From: Camelus dromedarius
Lineage: Eukaryota
Assembly: GCF_036321535.1 (NCBI RefSeq)
Contig: NC_087437.1
Coordinates: 73,038,001 to 73,102,000, forward strand
DNA length: 64,000 nucleotides
Reading direction: 5' to 3'
Of this stretch, positions 36,907-49,501 are shown piece after piece (position 1 is the stretch's first letter; every line of letters starts with the position of its first letter). The position numbers and the translations under genes are program-made. The notes beneath the pieces were generated by a model, which searched no databases, had not been told where the DNA came from, and saw nothing but the letters and a program-made list of their open reading frames with translations.

Positions 36907-38649
36907 CTATGAGGCAGATAAGAACAAGGCTGGTCACCAACATTTTCTATATGAGTCATACAATGATGCCAAGGCATGGCTGGAGACAGTTTGGTTCATG
37001 GTGATGTAGGGTTTAAAGTGGTCAAACCGTAGCTTTTGCGTGGTGAGCATTTGTTTTGGCAGGCCTGGAATTAACCTGAACTGTTCTTTCAAGCTCCTGC
37101 ATGACACCGATCCATGGTCAAGGTATGAAAAATGTTGATTAAAAGTGTTGCTTTACTTGTGAGCATGGGTCCAGTGGGTCTGCAGCAGGCCTTCCCAGCT
37201 CACCAGCTTTGTTTATTGATAATGGTGAGATTGATGATTGGCCCCTGGCCTGGGTGAAAGTCTGGGACGACTCTGCTGTTGAATGTGGGTATGTAGCAGG
37301 AATATACCTAAGTGACCAGTAAAATTTAAAACGACCTCAGCTGAGCATCCCTTTTGGGTCCCCCCACTTTGAGGTGCTATAAATGTGTACGTGTGATGCA
37401 TATCCTTACTTTAAGGATATTGTTGCTAGACTGTATCCTTTTCCTGAAATAAGCTGTAGATTTATAAGCACTGTCACTGTGGGTCCTGTAAGCCTTCTTT
37501 AGAAATAGAAGCCTGTTTAACTGCCACTGCTTGGACCACCTTCCAGTAGCACAGATGGTGGCAGGAAATCAATATAAAACTCTGTCACCATAGGTCTGAA
37601 CTTTCTAAGCTATCACAACTTCTTTACATTGAAGGTTCTAAATGCTAGTTCTGAAGTTACTACTTGCCAAAGTGATAACTAAATGCAGCTGTATGCTAGT
37701 AAACTTCTGGGCACACTGTCTGGCCTCACAGTTGCAAGGGTAATGGGCACATTGAATCGGGGCTTATTTAAGACAATACGTGTATAATGACCCATAATAG
37801 ATACTTTCAGGGTTGCCTCCTGTCACTATTGTGGGTGAATTCTTTTAAAAGTGACCTAATAACAAAACCAGGAATGGTCTGAAAATGAATCAAGTGGATC
37901 AATATGACGATCATTCATCAACATAAACTTTAAATTTCATCAATTAAAAATATCAAGGCAGCAAGAGCTATGTGACTCAGTTCCTCTTGAAAATGTATGA
38001 GCTTTGAGGAAAAATGACTCAGGAGAAAGGAGAAGGGCTGTTGTTCCAGGCAGGAGGGGCTGGGTGGTTCCGGCAGAGGCTGCTGCGTTTACCGCCTATG
38101 GAAAATACGGCTTTGTATGTTCTCACCTGAGCTTGTCTCGATGTGTGTCCCTGCTCCAGGAACTTTTAATCCTCCTGGTGAACAGGTTCCTTGTCATGAA
38201 GCCAAGTCCTTTATGACACTCCCTCCACCCCTCCTCACCCCCACCCCACCCAGATCCTTGTAAGAAAAAGTAGAAATTGTTTGTTCATTGATTTAACGTA
38301 GTGATGCTAAGTTAATTCAACGAAATGAAATTACTAATACATATGTGTTGACTTAAAAGTGTTTGCCCTCATATAAGAGATCTGCTTTTACTAACAGTTA
38401 AAGAAAACAGTGTTTATATGTGAATTGATGACATCAACTATATTTCTGACATTCTGGGAAATGCTACCTCGCATCTCCTTGGAGGAGCCAGATGAGGTGT
38501 CAAAAGTGACATGGGAGGCAAGATGATGTTTTTCTTGGAAGGAGAATCGTTCTTACATGCCAAGGTCAACTTGGGCAGTGGTAACGTCTATTGTTCTTTG
38601 TTTTCTTTCTTTCTTTGCCAAACCCACTTCCATTGACTGATTTCCTTAC

Positions 38650-38740
38650 CTTCTCTTTCACCTTGAGGGAGGCTTCTCTCTATAAACCATGTAAGATTTG
38701 CTGTGGGAAATACATTCCTCAGTGAGCAGGTAAATGTTCT
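38650..38740 (-). CDS. CD96: CD96 exon 7, first part of Ig domain 3
   Basis: 91 nt, ccccag|AGA...GAA G|gtaagg. Translates RTFTCSLRNVFPTANLTWFIERSLPQGERE vs human RRFTCLLKNVFPKANITWFIDGSFLHDEKE. Confidence 0.96.
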
Positions 38741-41700
38741 CTGGGGGCAAAGACAGAATGCAGAAAGAATTATTTGCAAATTCGGAAGGAACTGGTGCCC
38801 CTTACATCTCCACCAACCCGCACATGAGGCAAACTGGCACAAAAATGAGGTTCTCCTCTTTTAACAAGGCAGCGTTTGTTCACCTTTAAGAGGTTGTGTA
38901 AAACGTGAACTGTGAGTAGGCAATCTCCTGTAGAGATGTTATAAATTAATGGCTAGAATCCTACGTCAACTTAAGAAGAATCTAGGACTACACTAATGTT
39001 GCAAGTCTGGACTCTGGGATCTGGAAAAGGGAAATCACATCTCCATACAGAAAGAATAAAATGGTATAAATGGAAACCAAAGAATAGAAAGAAGAAGCTG
39101 TAACAGGCAGAGAAGAATATTCTGTTCCACCAAAAGGTAAAAGAGAGCCACACTTCGGTTGTTTCCATTCTCCAAATAACATAAAGTACTATTTGTAGCA
39201 ACAACTGCAGAAACCATTTAATATAAAAATCTCTCTTTTGACTTGTAAACAGTCTTCCTAATTAATTTTTATTTATCATCTTGACAATCCTATAGGGAAC
39301 GTAAGACACTCCTCATTATTGCCACTTGACAGATGGGGAAACCAAGGAAAAGAATCACAGAATGGTAAATGGGAGTGGAATGTTGTTGAGGGCATCAGTT
39401 AGAAGTGTTACCTCAATCCCAGTCTGAGATATTTTCTAGAAATAAGAAAAGAGCAGAACAGATAGCTTATGTTACAAAACCAGAAAGCTCAGAGGTGGGG
39501 TAGCTACATTTTATTTCCACCATTGTGTTTGTTCCTTGTGAGATGGTGGTTTCTTCAAGAGACTGGTGAAAATATCCAATAAGATTTATTGGATCTTCGT
39601 TATTTTATCTGAGACACTGCAAAACTATAATCCCATTTATAGTTACTTGTTTTCTCATCAAGAGACGTGTATCTTACATATGACCAGCCCCAGTTCTTAG
39701 TTCTCAAATATCTTCCACAATTGAGGAATATATTAGTTAACTAGTAAAGGACAATAAACTATATTTAATGCTTGGGGTGCCAATTTCCCCACAAAGCTTT
39801 GCCCACAGGGTCTGGTCCTGAGCAGTACTGAGAAACCAAATGTAAGGATACTAAGTCACATTTTCCTGGTGAGAGCCCACTGAGGTGCCATTTAACATCC
39901 CTCAGTACATCACTGCAAAATCCCGGAGGAAATCATGAGACTTTCAGAAGAGGTTATCTATTATATCCAAAATGGTAGGTAGCAAACACTGCAGCCTCCA
40001 GTTTTCCCACTCATTCAACATTTGACAATGGCAACACAGGCATGTGACAGGAATGCAGATTCATGAAATTATGCCACTTTCTGTCCTAGAAAATCAAAAG
40101 TGAAACCAAGTCCCCTCAAATATATTCTTATTAAGTAAAGGAAAGAGAATTCAGTTATTTTATCCAATAATATGCCAAAGATCAATGTTTATCTTCAGGT
40201 GGTCCATGAAGGGATATAAAAGTTACAGGAAAAATTTTTTTTGAAATGTTGTAAAGGTGTGTATTAATGCCACTACCTTTAACTGCTCTCATGATTTATT
40301 TTCCCCATGCTCAGCCACCCCACCAAAAGATGATGACATGGTAATATCAAGAACAAGTAGGGGTTCCATTATTTTATAAAGGCAATTGGCTCCCTGTAGA
40401 AATTTCTTGTCACCCTAATAAAAATGTTAAAAAGCTTTAACTCTTGTAGATTTTTCTGAATTCAGATTTTATGGAAAAACTCAGATGTCATATATTCTAT
40501 ACCATCTCCAGACAGTCTTCCAAGGCTTTGTTTAGGGATATGGTCCTGGTCCTGAAACTCCTCTAGTCTCTAAACTTGAAAAGCTGCAGACTAAAGTAGT
40601 TCACATTGAAGTCAAACATGTTATGAAACGTCAGGCAGTACGGTTTTGCTGAGCAGGCAGAGCTGTCTTTATTTGGGAACTCCCAAATGATTAAGAAGAG
40701 AAACACGTTAAATTTGAAAAAAACATGATGTCAATATGCACAAGAGTCTACGTGCACATGCGTACAACTGCACACGCACACACGTTCCTCTGCTGAGAAG
40801 TCAAAATCACCCACTCACTCATTGTGGACCTGCTACATTCATGAGACAAGCCAATTAATTGGTTTCTCTAACACATTATTCTAAGTACATATGGAATAAG
40901 TGAGCAGTAGCACAAAGAATTATGCAGTAAGTGTCAAAAAGTTTGGATATTCTGTGGGAGAGAAGAGAAGGGTGAAATCTGGGAATAATGTATAGAACAG
41001 AATTGTACTTCGTGGGCAGGGAAGAGCTGGGCCTGGATTCTACAGGTGGTCTGTGGTGGAGAGTGGCGGGGGATTCACAAAGATGGACAGATGGAAAGGC
41101 TCATGGGCTTAACTATGAGCGGGCGATGTTGTCCTGGAAGCAGAGGTTGGAGCACGATGAGGTTGGTGAGTCAGGAAAAACGAACCCAAGTCTGGCTGTG
41201 AGACTGGTCATTTTGTTATTTCTGTAGGTGAAAGACTGCACTGGGGACCATTTGCAAGTTACCTCATTCTAAATTGGCTCAAGTTTGGACAGAACCTTTT
41301 CCAAAGGGCTTTTCACTGAATCAGTTTGAAAATACTAACTTTTCAGTATAGAAAGAGAAATCTTTAAAAAAAACAAAAAGAGTTTCCCTGTTTGTTTCCC
41401 AGCTCCTCATTTCTATTTGGAGTCTCCCCACACCCATACACTTATTTTTCATTTGAAATTTAAGTTTCAGTCTCCACATGCTTTCTACTCTATCATTTCT
41501 ATATTTTCTCCTATAACTCAAGGTTTTTTCTTCCATAGATACCTTCTTCAAAAAATGCCTGTCTCTTCTTGGTAGGTTTTCCTTCCTAAACATTTATATA
41601 TATATAAATGTGTATACACATACATTTATGAATCAAAAATGTATATGTACATATAAATGTCTATGTATATACATTAAGTTGTGATTACCCCTTTATTTAA

Positions 41701-42099
41701 CTCCAAATGAGAGTAGAAGCCAACAGATTTTGGCTTTTCCAATTCTAGTTACATAATATAATAAAAAGCAATCCCAAGTCTGTTTCTCAGTTTGCTGTAT
41801 TTCTCTAAATTAAGGGGGTAAAATTCTTTTACTTAATTTCCCCTTTTCCTCAAGTTCTTTGGCTTTTCTACTGACTATATTTACAACATCAATAGTTTCC
41901 AACTAAAAATGAAACTCATGGTCTAACAATTGGACAAAATACTTGATACCACAGATGTCCTTGAGGAATGTGCATTCTTTGCCCATATTTCACGCTTTCC
42001 CCCTCTTAAATCTCCTTCTTTGCTTGAGAGGCCAGATGATCTAGTCCTCTGGAAACAGAACTAAGACTTGTAGGCACTTGACTTACTGTTTCACTGCAT

Positions 42100-43435
42100 G
42101 ACTTTTGCCAGGGACATCTTTTTTCCACGGTGGAGAGGGGCGGAGAAAAGGTCTGCATTTGTGTCTAGAGGTTGCAGAAAAGCCCCACAGGCAGGAACAC
42201 GCCCACTTGGAAACACGGCTTCCCTGGAAGTGGGAGGGAACAGGAACTGGAGGGGCCCTCCTCCTGGAGGCCGGAGTCAGCTAACAGCTACCCAAGGTGG
42301 CAGGAGCTCTCACCCTGCACTGGAGCCGCCAGAGACCAGTCCGGAGCCTTGCTCGCCTGTAAGTACCCATTTGTAGCTGGCAGGGGGGGTTGTTTCCTAA
42401 CTGTTCGGGGTTGCACAGCTTGACAAATAAGGCTCTCATTCACTTAAGAAATGGCCCAAGAAAGGAGAAAGAAGTCAGGCTGTTTTTAAAACGTAACATA
42501 ATTTCCTACTTACTTATTTACCCTTAAAATGGGGTAAATAAGCCGAACATCTGGAGTCAGCTGCTGTCAGGAAGGTCTCATCAGCTGTTGGCTTTGCAGG
42601 TCACGGTGCCCGGGAAGGCGGTGGGCTGGCAAGCTGCTTGCCGAGGACAACTGGGCACGACCAGGTCCATGGGGATGCGCTCCACCTCTCTCCTCCCTGC
42701 TTGCCAGTTCCTCCTGCTGAAAACAGCTAAGCCTGCTGTTTGGAATTCTTAGAATCCCAGCCCCAGAGCGACCTCCCTGGAGACAAACGGACCTCACACT
42801 GAGAACTTTATCTCCCAGACCCTGGCAGGCTCTGTAGCCTCCGGATGGCCTATTGCAACCGTTCTCAGGAAGCACGAGTCTTTCCTACATCGGCACTCGT
42901 CCAGGCTTCTACCCACTCTGAGGAAGACCCAGGGAGGCCCCAGCCCTGGGTGTCCTGAACAGCCTGAGTCCTGAGGCTGCTCCTCCTGCCTCCAAATCGC
43001 ATTTTCTGGGTCTCCGTGAGCAGAGGAAGAGCCGGAGCAGCCAGGAGGAGAATCGAGAGAAAGCCTAAAATTTTCAATATTCAAAAAGCCCCTGTGGTTC
43101 TGGTTGACGCAGGGAACACCGAGTTCACTGAAGAGCCGTGTGACTGCTGCGCTGGTTTGTTTCGTCCTCTGGCCCAGCCAAGGCGGGCTCAGGCGTCCCC
43201 GGGTCATGGAGGGAGCGCAGGAGAGCCTCGCAGGCCATTTTGCTTGGCTCTGACTCACCCTGACTCTCCGCTGAAGCAGAAAGGAGGAAACATCACACTA
43301 CCAGGTGTGGCCAGCCTTTGGCCATTATTGTGAATCCTCAGGAGTTACCACAGTCCCTTCCCGAGTACACATTTAGCCTTCGTTGTGGTTCAACTCAGAC
43401 TTTTGGCTCCAGGAAAGCTGTAAAGAGGAGACAGG
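42100..43435 (+). promoter_or_regulatory. Putative ZBED2 promoter and 5' UTR region, with candidate non-coding exon donor GTAAGT at 42359
   Basis: Local GC/CpG enrichment and no obvious repeats upstream of the ATG. Candidate acceptors at 42570, 42599, 43398 and 43412; AP-1 TGACTCA at 43251. The TSS cannot be determined from sequence. Confidence 0.45.
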
Positions 43436-44089
43436 ATGAGGCGGGAAGAGGAGGAGGAGGAGGCAGCCAGGACGAAGGCAAAAGGGCACTTAGAAATGAA
43501 GGAGGAGGAGGAGGTCGGTGAGACGGGAGAACCGGTTGGCCCTTTTGCCAGTGCCATGCCCACCCCAACGCCCCACAACAAGGGGACCCGGTTTTCTGAG
43601 GCCTGGGAGTACTTCCACCTGGCTCCTGCCCGCGCTGGGCACCACCCCAACCAATATGCCACCTGCCGCCTGTGTGGCAGGCAGGTGAGCCGTGGCCCTG
43701 GGGTTAACGTGGGCACCACAGCCCTGTGGAAGCATCTGAAAAGCATGCACAAAGACGAGCTGGAGAAGAGTGGCCATGGTCAGGCCGGGCAGCGCCAGGA
43801 CCCCAGGCTTCAGGGGCCCCAGCTCCCCGTGGGCCTTGAGGGGGACTGGGCCAGGCTCCTGGAGCAGGTGGGCACCCTGGCTTTATGGGCCAGCCAAAGA
43901 GAAAAGGAGGTGCTTAGGAGGGAGAGGGCAGTGGAGTGGCGGGAGAGGGCTGTGGAGAGGAGAGAGCGAGCCCTGGAGGAGGTGGAAAGGGCCATCTTGG
44001 AGATGAAGCGCAAGATGAGGGCTGAGAAGGAGTCCTGCCAGAGGGACAAAGAGCAGCCTGCAGCAGCGCACCCCTTCCATTTCGTTTAA
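43436..44089 (+). CDS. ZBED2: Zinc finger BED domain-containing protein 2, intronless CDS nested antisense in CD96 intron 6
   Basis: 217-aa ORF with an acidic N-terminus, BED finger (AWEYF...CRLC...LWKHLKSMH), an R/E-rich coiled-coil-like segment and C-terminal HPFHFV. Closely matches human ZBED2 and its known position inside CD96. Confidence 0.97.
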   Translation: MRREEEEEEAARTKAKGHLEMKEEEEVGETGEPVGPFASAMPTPTPHNKGTRFSEAWEYFHLAPARAGHHPNQYATCRLCGRQVSRGPGVNVGTTALWKHLKSMHKDELEKSGHGQAGQRQDPRLQGPQLPVGLEGDWARLLEQVGTLALWASQREKEVLRRERAVEWRERAVERRERALEEVERAILEMKRKMRAEKESCQRDKEQPAAAHPFHFV

Positions 44090-44780
44090 ATGGGGTTGGG
44101 GGAATCTAGTCCGAAAAGCCTGACTTTAGACTCCTAGCAAAGAGCCATTTTAGTTCCAGCTTAAGTATATAGAAAAGTGGGTTAGAAGGATTTTGTTTCT
44201 AGGAGAAAGAGAGCATAGTATTGGTTAATCTCAGCCGGTCTGAACTGGCCAAATGCTTATCTATACGGTTCCTACAGCTGTACTGACCAAAACTTTAAAA
44301 TATACTAACTAAAGAGAAATGTTGTTTTGCCACCACGGGTCTGTGAGTCGCCTGGGGGCAGATTGTACCGGCCCGTCAGCACTGATGAGTGAACATAACA
44401 GGATTTGTGCCTAGCACTTCGTTTGTGGGGAGCTGACGGTTTTGACGGTTGAGGTTAGTTGGGTAGCCAAAATGCGCCGGTGTGACCCGCTCACTCTTCA
44501 GACCCTACCATGAGCAGAGCTTAAGCTTTCTAGGACAGAGGTGTTTGCACACATGCTGGTGTTGATTTGAGAACTGGATACAAAGCTTGTTCTGTGGGGC
44601 TCAGCGCTGTAGGGACAAAGGAGCTTGAGCCCAAGATCTCCAGATGCTTCCAGTGCGTATATTTCTGTCATTACTGCAGTGCTTACTTAAAGCTGTTTCA
44701 TTGGTACAACCTGTTTGAATCTTGTAAGTCTTGCCAACAATCAAACACGTAAGTAATTCATGCAGAATCAGCACAGGGAG

Positions 44781-44811
44781 AATTAAAGACTTTTCAACTC
44801 CCTTGAATTAA
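44781..44811 (+). terminator. Candidate ZBED2 polyadenylation signals (two ATTAAA)
   Basis: Two ATTAAA hexamers about 700 nt after the stop; canonical AATAAA further on near 44967 and 45396. Confidence 0.35.
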
Positions 44812-46020
44812 ACATTAAGAACAGAGGATATAAAAATTTGTTCATAAATATTTTAAAACATAATTTGATTCCCTATTAAGCTCTGTTAAAGAAGGAGTTT
44901 GTGAGGAAGAGATGAAAAAGCTCAGAAAGAAAAAGAAAAAGGTGGAGAGATGGGGTAAATGGGAGAAATAAAGAACAGAGGAAGAAAAGTGAAAAAGTAA
45001 AAGGAGCAGAGAGGAAATGTGAAGATAAGAGGGGACAGCCCCTTAGGAAAAATTCACCACGGAAAGGTAAGAGACCTTGACTGTCTGGGAGAGTGAAGGA
45101 CACAGAACATTTTCTTAGCTTCTGAGGTCAATTTTAATGAGTTAAGCTGCTTTTGTTTTTGTCCCTGTAGACCATACAAATCGCTCATTCATTTGAGCAG
45201 TAGGCTTCAGATTATATTCCTGTCTTTAAAACACTAACTGCATGCCAATGCATTGTTCTCAGATTTGTTTTTCTTTAAAGCTGTTCATCTTTAAATATTC
45301 AGAGATGCTTTGAAGAAAGGGACTCAGTAGTCCATATGGAGGGAAAAATTCCCTGGGCTGCTGAGGACATGCTTAAAATGTTAACTCGGGAAAAGAATAA
45401 AACCAAACTGGAAATTGCTCTGGCCTTTGTGCTGAAGCTGACTTGTTTTGGATGATTCCCGTGGAACCTAATATTTATTTATTTTCAAACTGGGTTGGGA
45501 GTGGGGAGGAGGGGAGGGTGAGGAAGATCAGAGGAGATAAAGACAGCATCTCATCTTGTAGATAGCCCGAGTACTTTCAGGCACGTATCTCCCTGAAAGC
45601 AGACAGGATCCTGGTATAACAACGGCGCTGTGCCTTGTGCGGTCCTCACCTCCGTGGCTCCTTTTTATTGCTTGTTCTCAGACACATCAGCAGCACTAAC
45701 AGCCAGATCTGTCCTCACTGTGAGCTGTTTGTGGAACAGACACAAGTCCAAACACCAGGCTTGTGAAAAACCTGGGCTGCACTGCAGTCCCATGATCCCC
45801 CTTTTTTCTGGAAACATGCCTGCTAGAAAAGATTTCACTTCCCTTGTGGTTCCCTCACAGGGGTGTGGTGCCCCTTGTAGGGCCCTCTCCATCTGTGTGA
45901 AAGCTCAGGGGCTCACCATTGCAAATGACGAGGCCGCTGGGATTCACACGGCTGGAGATTTGGACTCAGAGCCTTATTGCGCCACAAAATATGCTGCAGA
46001 AAAAGAGGCTGCAATACCTA

Positions 46021-46022
<2 letters not shown>

Positions 46023-46084
<62 letters not shown>
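46023..46084. repeat. (AC)31 microsatellite
   Basis: Uninterrupted dinucleotide run. Confidence 0.97.
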
Positions 46085-46086
<2 letters not shown>

Positions 46087-49000
46087 CAGGGGGGATGGAA
46101 CTTAAGAAGGTTAGGGAATTCACAAAAACTCAGACTTTGCAAAACCAAAATTAAATAAACAGAAATAATCAAATTCTGTAAATAGCGACTGGAGCTGTCC
46201 TGCTGAACTCTGACATGGGGTTTTAGGTCATGGCATCTGTTTTCCATGGTTCTTGTTATTTGAGCCTCTCATCCTAGTTAGACATTTCAGCCCCATCTGC
46301 TTTTGTTTCCTATGTTTCATGTGAGGTAGTTTTCTTTGGACTTTTTTCCTCTAAATTTTGTCAAACATAATAAAGTTAAGAGAGTGACAAGGAGCTGATG
46401 GAGTGAAAGCACAGGCACTGGAAAGGAAGCACGTGGCTCTGGGAAGGACTGTGCTGTGGCGCTTTCCTGGATGTCTCGCGTGCCTTCCTCTGCTGTATCA
46501 TCAGAGTGGGGCACGGCGGCTGGAGGCCGCGACTGAGGGGCTTTCTGGCCCAGCATCTTTGCTCCACTGCAACAACCTGCCACATGGGGGCCTGGGGCTT
46601 AGGGTAAATAAAGACTCCCTTTCCACTGAGCTGTGGGAGCGAGGCTGCACGCCACGTCGGAGCCCCGGCAAAGCCAAACCCTCGGAAACATGCAACAACA
46701 TGACATCCAAAGGGGTGATACTCTCCTTGGACATCCCTAGCGTGTCTAAGCCTGAAAGGCATCACTGTTAGAATGGTTTGGGGAGGTTTTCTATTCTACG
46801 GGGAAACTAACCATAAGCTTTGCAACTTTAATTAATGATGTTGGAAGACACGGTTCCCAGCTGATCAAATCCCTATTGTCCTAACACTAAGGGCTTGGTG
46901 CAGTGAATATATATGTAGCCCCTAGTAGGCATCCAATAAGTGCATGTTGACTTGGTTAATTTCTAAGGGATGAAGGGAGGTAATTCTAAGGGATTACCGT
47001 TACTGAACACTTATGGTTGCCAGATGGTAGATACTTTGCCTACAGTATCTCATTTGATCCTTATGTCACCATTGTGAGGTTGAGCTCACTGTCCCTGTTC
47101 ACTGATGAGGAAGCTAAGAAGCTGAGGTCCAGGGCTCAGAGTTAATAGTGACGGAGGAGAATTCAGACCCAGGTCTATCAGATTCCATAATCTATATTCT
47201 GTTTTTTCATTATCCACCCCCACCCCGTTTCCTAGAATCAATCACATAATAGATTTATGAATATACATGCAGAGAAAGGAATAAGTGACAGAGTGAGTGA
47301 ATGATAAATAGTGGGGAGGGAAAAAAACATTTCTGAGACATCAGTGATGAGCTATGTACTCCACCACTGTGCATAAATTTAATTCATCTAAGAGCCCTGT
47401 GGATTATTTATCATGATCCCAGTTTTAGAGATGAGTTAGTTGGGACTCATAGAGCTTAACTACTTGATGAGGCTAAGTAACTATTAAGTGGTTAAACTGG
47501 GATTTGATCTTAGTTCCATCTGCCCCTGAAGCATGATGTCCTTTCGTCATGCCCTCCTGCTGGGATATGGGCGTGCTGAGTTCTCATCCCAGCTCTGCCC
47601 TTTGTGAGTGGCTCGGCCAGTGGTTTAGACTTTCCAGGCCCCGGATTCTCATCTGTGAAATGACAAACGCTCTACCTACTTCAGAGGCTTATTGTGGGAA
47701 TACTACATGGTAAAAGTATGCAAAGGTGCTTTGAAGAGTTAATAAATTATTCAAAATACAGTGCGGATTATACGACTATCAGAGTGAGAAATTACTAATG
47801 TTTGGCAAGGTCTTAAAAGATCCACAGACAAGCTGTGTCCTGTAGCTGGTTATGTGGAGTTGGTGAGAGATTATTCACTAATTCCCCAGGAAGGAAAGTT
47901 CCCTGGTTTTACTAGTCAGAGCCTAGGGAAGCATGGGTACAGAAGAGGAAATCTGATGATACAGAAAACAAAATCCTTTAAAAAAAAAAAAAACCCCAAA
48001 AAACTGGAATTCTTGGATCCAATCCTGTGGTTCTCTATCTGGACTGAGTCCATATGACCTGTAAATACTGGCCCAAGAACCTACCAAAAATCCTTACAAG
48101 AAACAAAAGTACCTTCCAAACATTATATCATTAGAATATTTGTTTCATTTAAACTGTTGAAAAGAAGTCCACTAATAAACTTGAAAATTAATTGTGCCAG
48201 AAAAAACCCTGAAATCTTTCCTATGTACTCAGGATGTAACAATTAATCCAGGAAACTAATACATAAAATCAACAAAAGATACAAGGACCTGAATAATGCA
48301 TATATACACTCATGTAAAACCACACCACAGAGTCTGAGCTGTGATTTGTATGCAGCCATCAAATTACATGACTGATACTCAGTGAAAATATGACCAGAAA
48401 TCATAAATTATTTAATGTTCTTGGGGCTAGAAGAAACTAGAATATGAGTTTAATTTTTTCTCATCCCACATAATAGGAAATGTTTGAGAATTAATGAGAA
48501 TCTTTATTCCACTTGCAGTTTTGAAAAGTTTGAATGAAGTCACAATGTCACAAGACAGCTGAACAACACACATAATAGTAATAACAACAAAAATGCTTAT
48601 TGAGCAAGTAATATATAGCAAACAATATACTAAGAACTTTTCATACATTATTTTGTTTCATTCTTAAAAACAACAACTGCAGATTACTCTCCTTAACCCC
48701 TTTCAGATAGATGGGAAAACTGACTACAAAGGTGTGAAGTAAGTAGTCTCAGGTCACAGCCAGCAAGAGGAAGAGCCAGGACACGAGCCCAGATCCCAGA
48801 GGCTAGAGGCTGGGAACTACCTACAGGAAACTGAAGCCAGAGGGCCTATTCTAATTTCCTTTTTCTCCTGCTCTTCCTCCTACTCCCTAAGAAACAGCCA
48901 GGGTTCTAAAGAAGTTCAGAAGGCACATTTTCTCTTGTCACTTAAAAATAAAAACATTGGGAAAGCTGGTATAGGAAATGAATTAGAACAAATTAAATGT

Positions 49001-49345
49001 CAGCTTAGCAAAAAACCTCATTCTTACACCAGGATTCACACTGCTTTCTGCCCCACTTTTCCTACACTATAGGCTTCAATTTTTATTAAACAGACATTTA
49101 AACAACTGAGATAATTTTTCCAGGAAATTTAAGAACTAAGGATCACAAGATCACATGTTCTGAGAGCCCTAAGTCAGAAAATAAGGATTCCTATTGGGAT
49201 TCTACAATCAACTCAGCGTTCCTTCATTCCCCCCCAGACATTAATTGGAGTAAAGTCCTTTGAGACAACATTCTGGGCAAGGATGCAAACTGACATACCT
49301 TGGCACATTATGCTGTAGATTTTCAAAAGCTTTAATGTGACTTAC

Positions 49346-49401
49346 CTCTCCGAAGACATCCATGGAATTATTTTCCACAATCATGGGGGTTTCTGGCTTA
49401 G
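49346..49401 (-). CDS. CD96: CD96 exon 6, D2-D3 junction
   Basis: 56 nt, attaag|CT...GAG|gtaagt. Translates (A)KPETPMIVENNSMDVFGE vs human AKPEIPVIVENNSTDVLVE. Confidence 0.95.
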
Positions 49402-49459
49402 CTTAATGGCAAATAAAACACAGTTAGTTATATGGCACTGAATGCTACTCTACCTGGTC

Positions 49460-49463
<4 letters not shown>

Positions 49464-49498
<35 letters not shown>
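49464..49498. repeat. (GT)17 microsatellite
   Basis: Uninterrupted run about 60 nt upstream of the CD96 exon 6 acceptor. Confidence 0.97.

Positions 49499-49501
<3 letters not shown>

Noticed and set aside
42567..44080. Several minus-strand and alternate-frame ORFs around ZBED2
   Set aside because: Shadow ORFs of a GC-rich, stop-poor region with no independent support.
45630..46247. ORFs with HTHTHT or VCVCVC tracts
   Set aside because: These are translations of the (AC)31 microsatellite.
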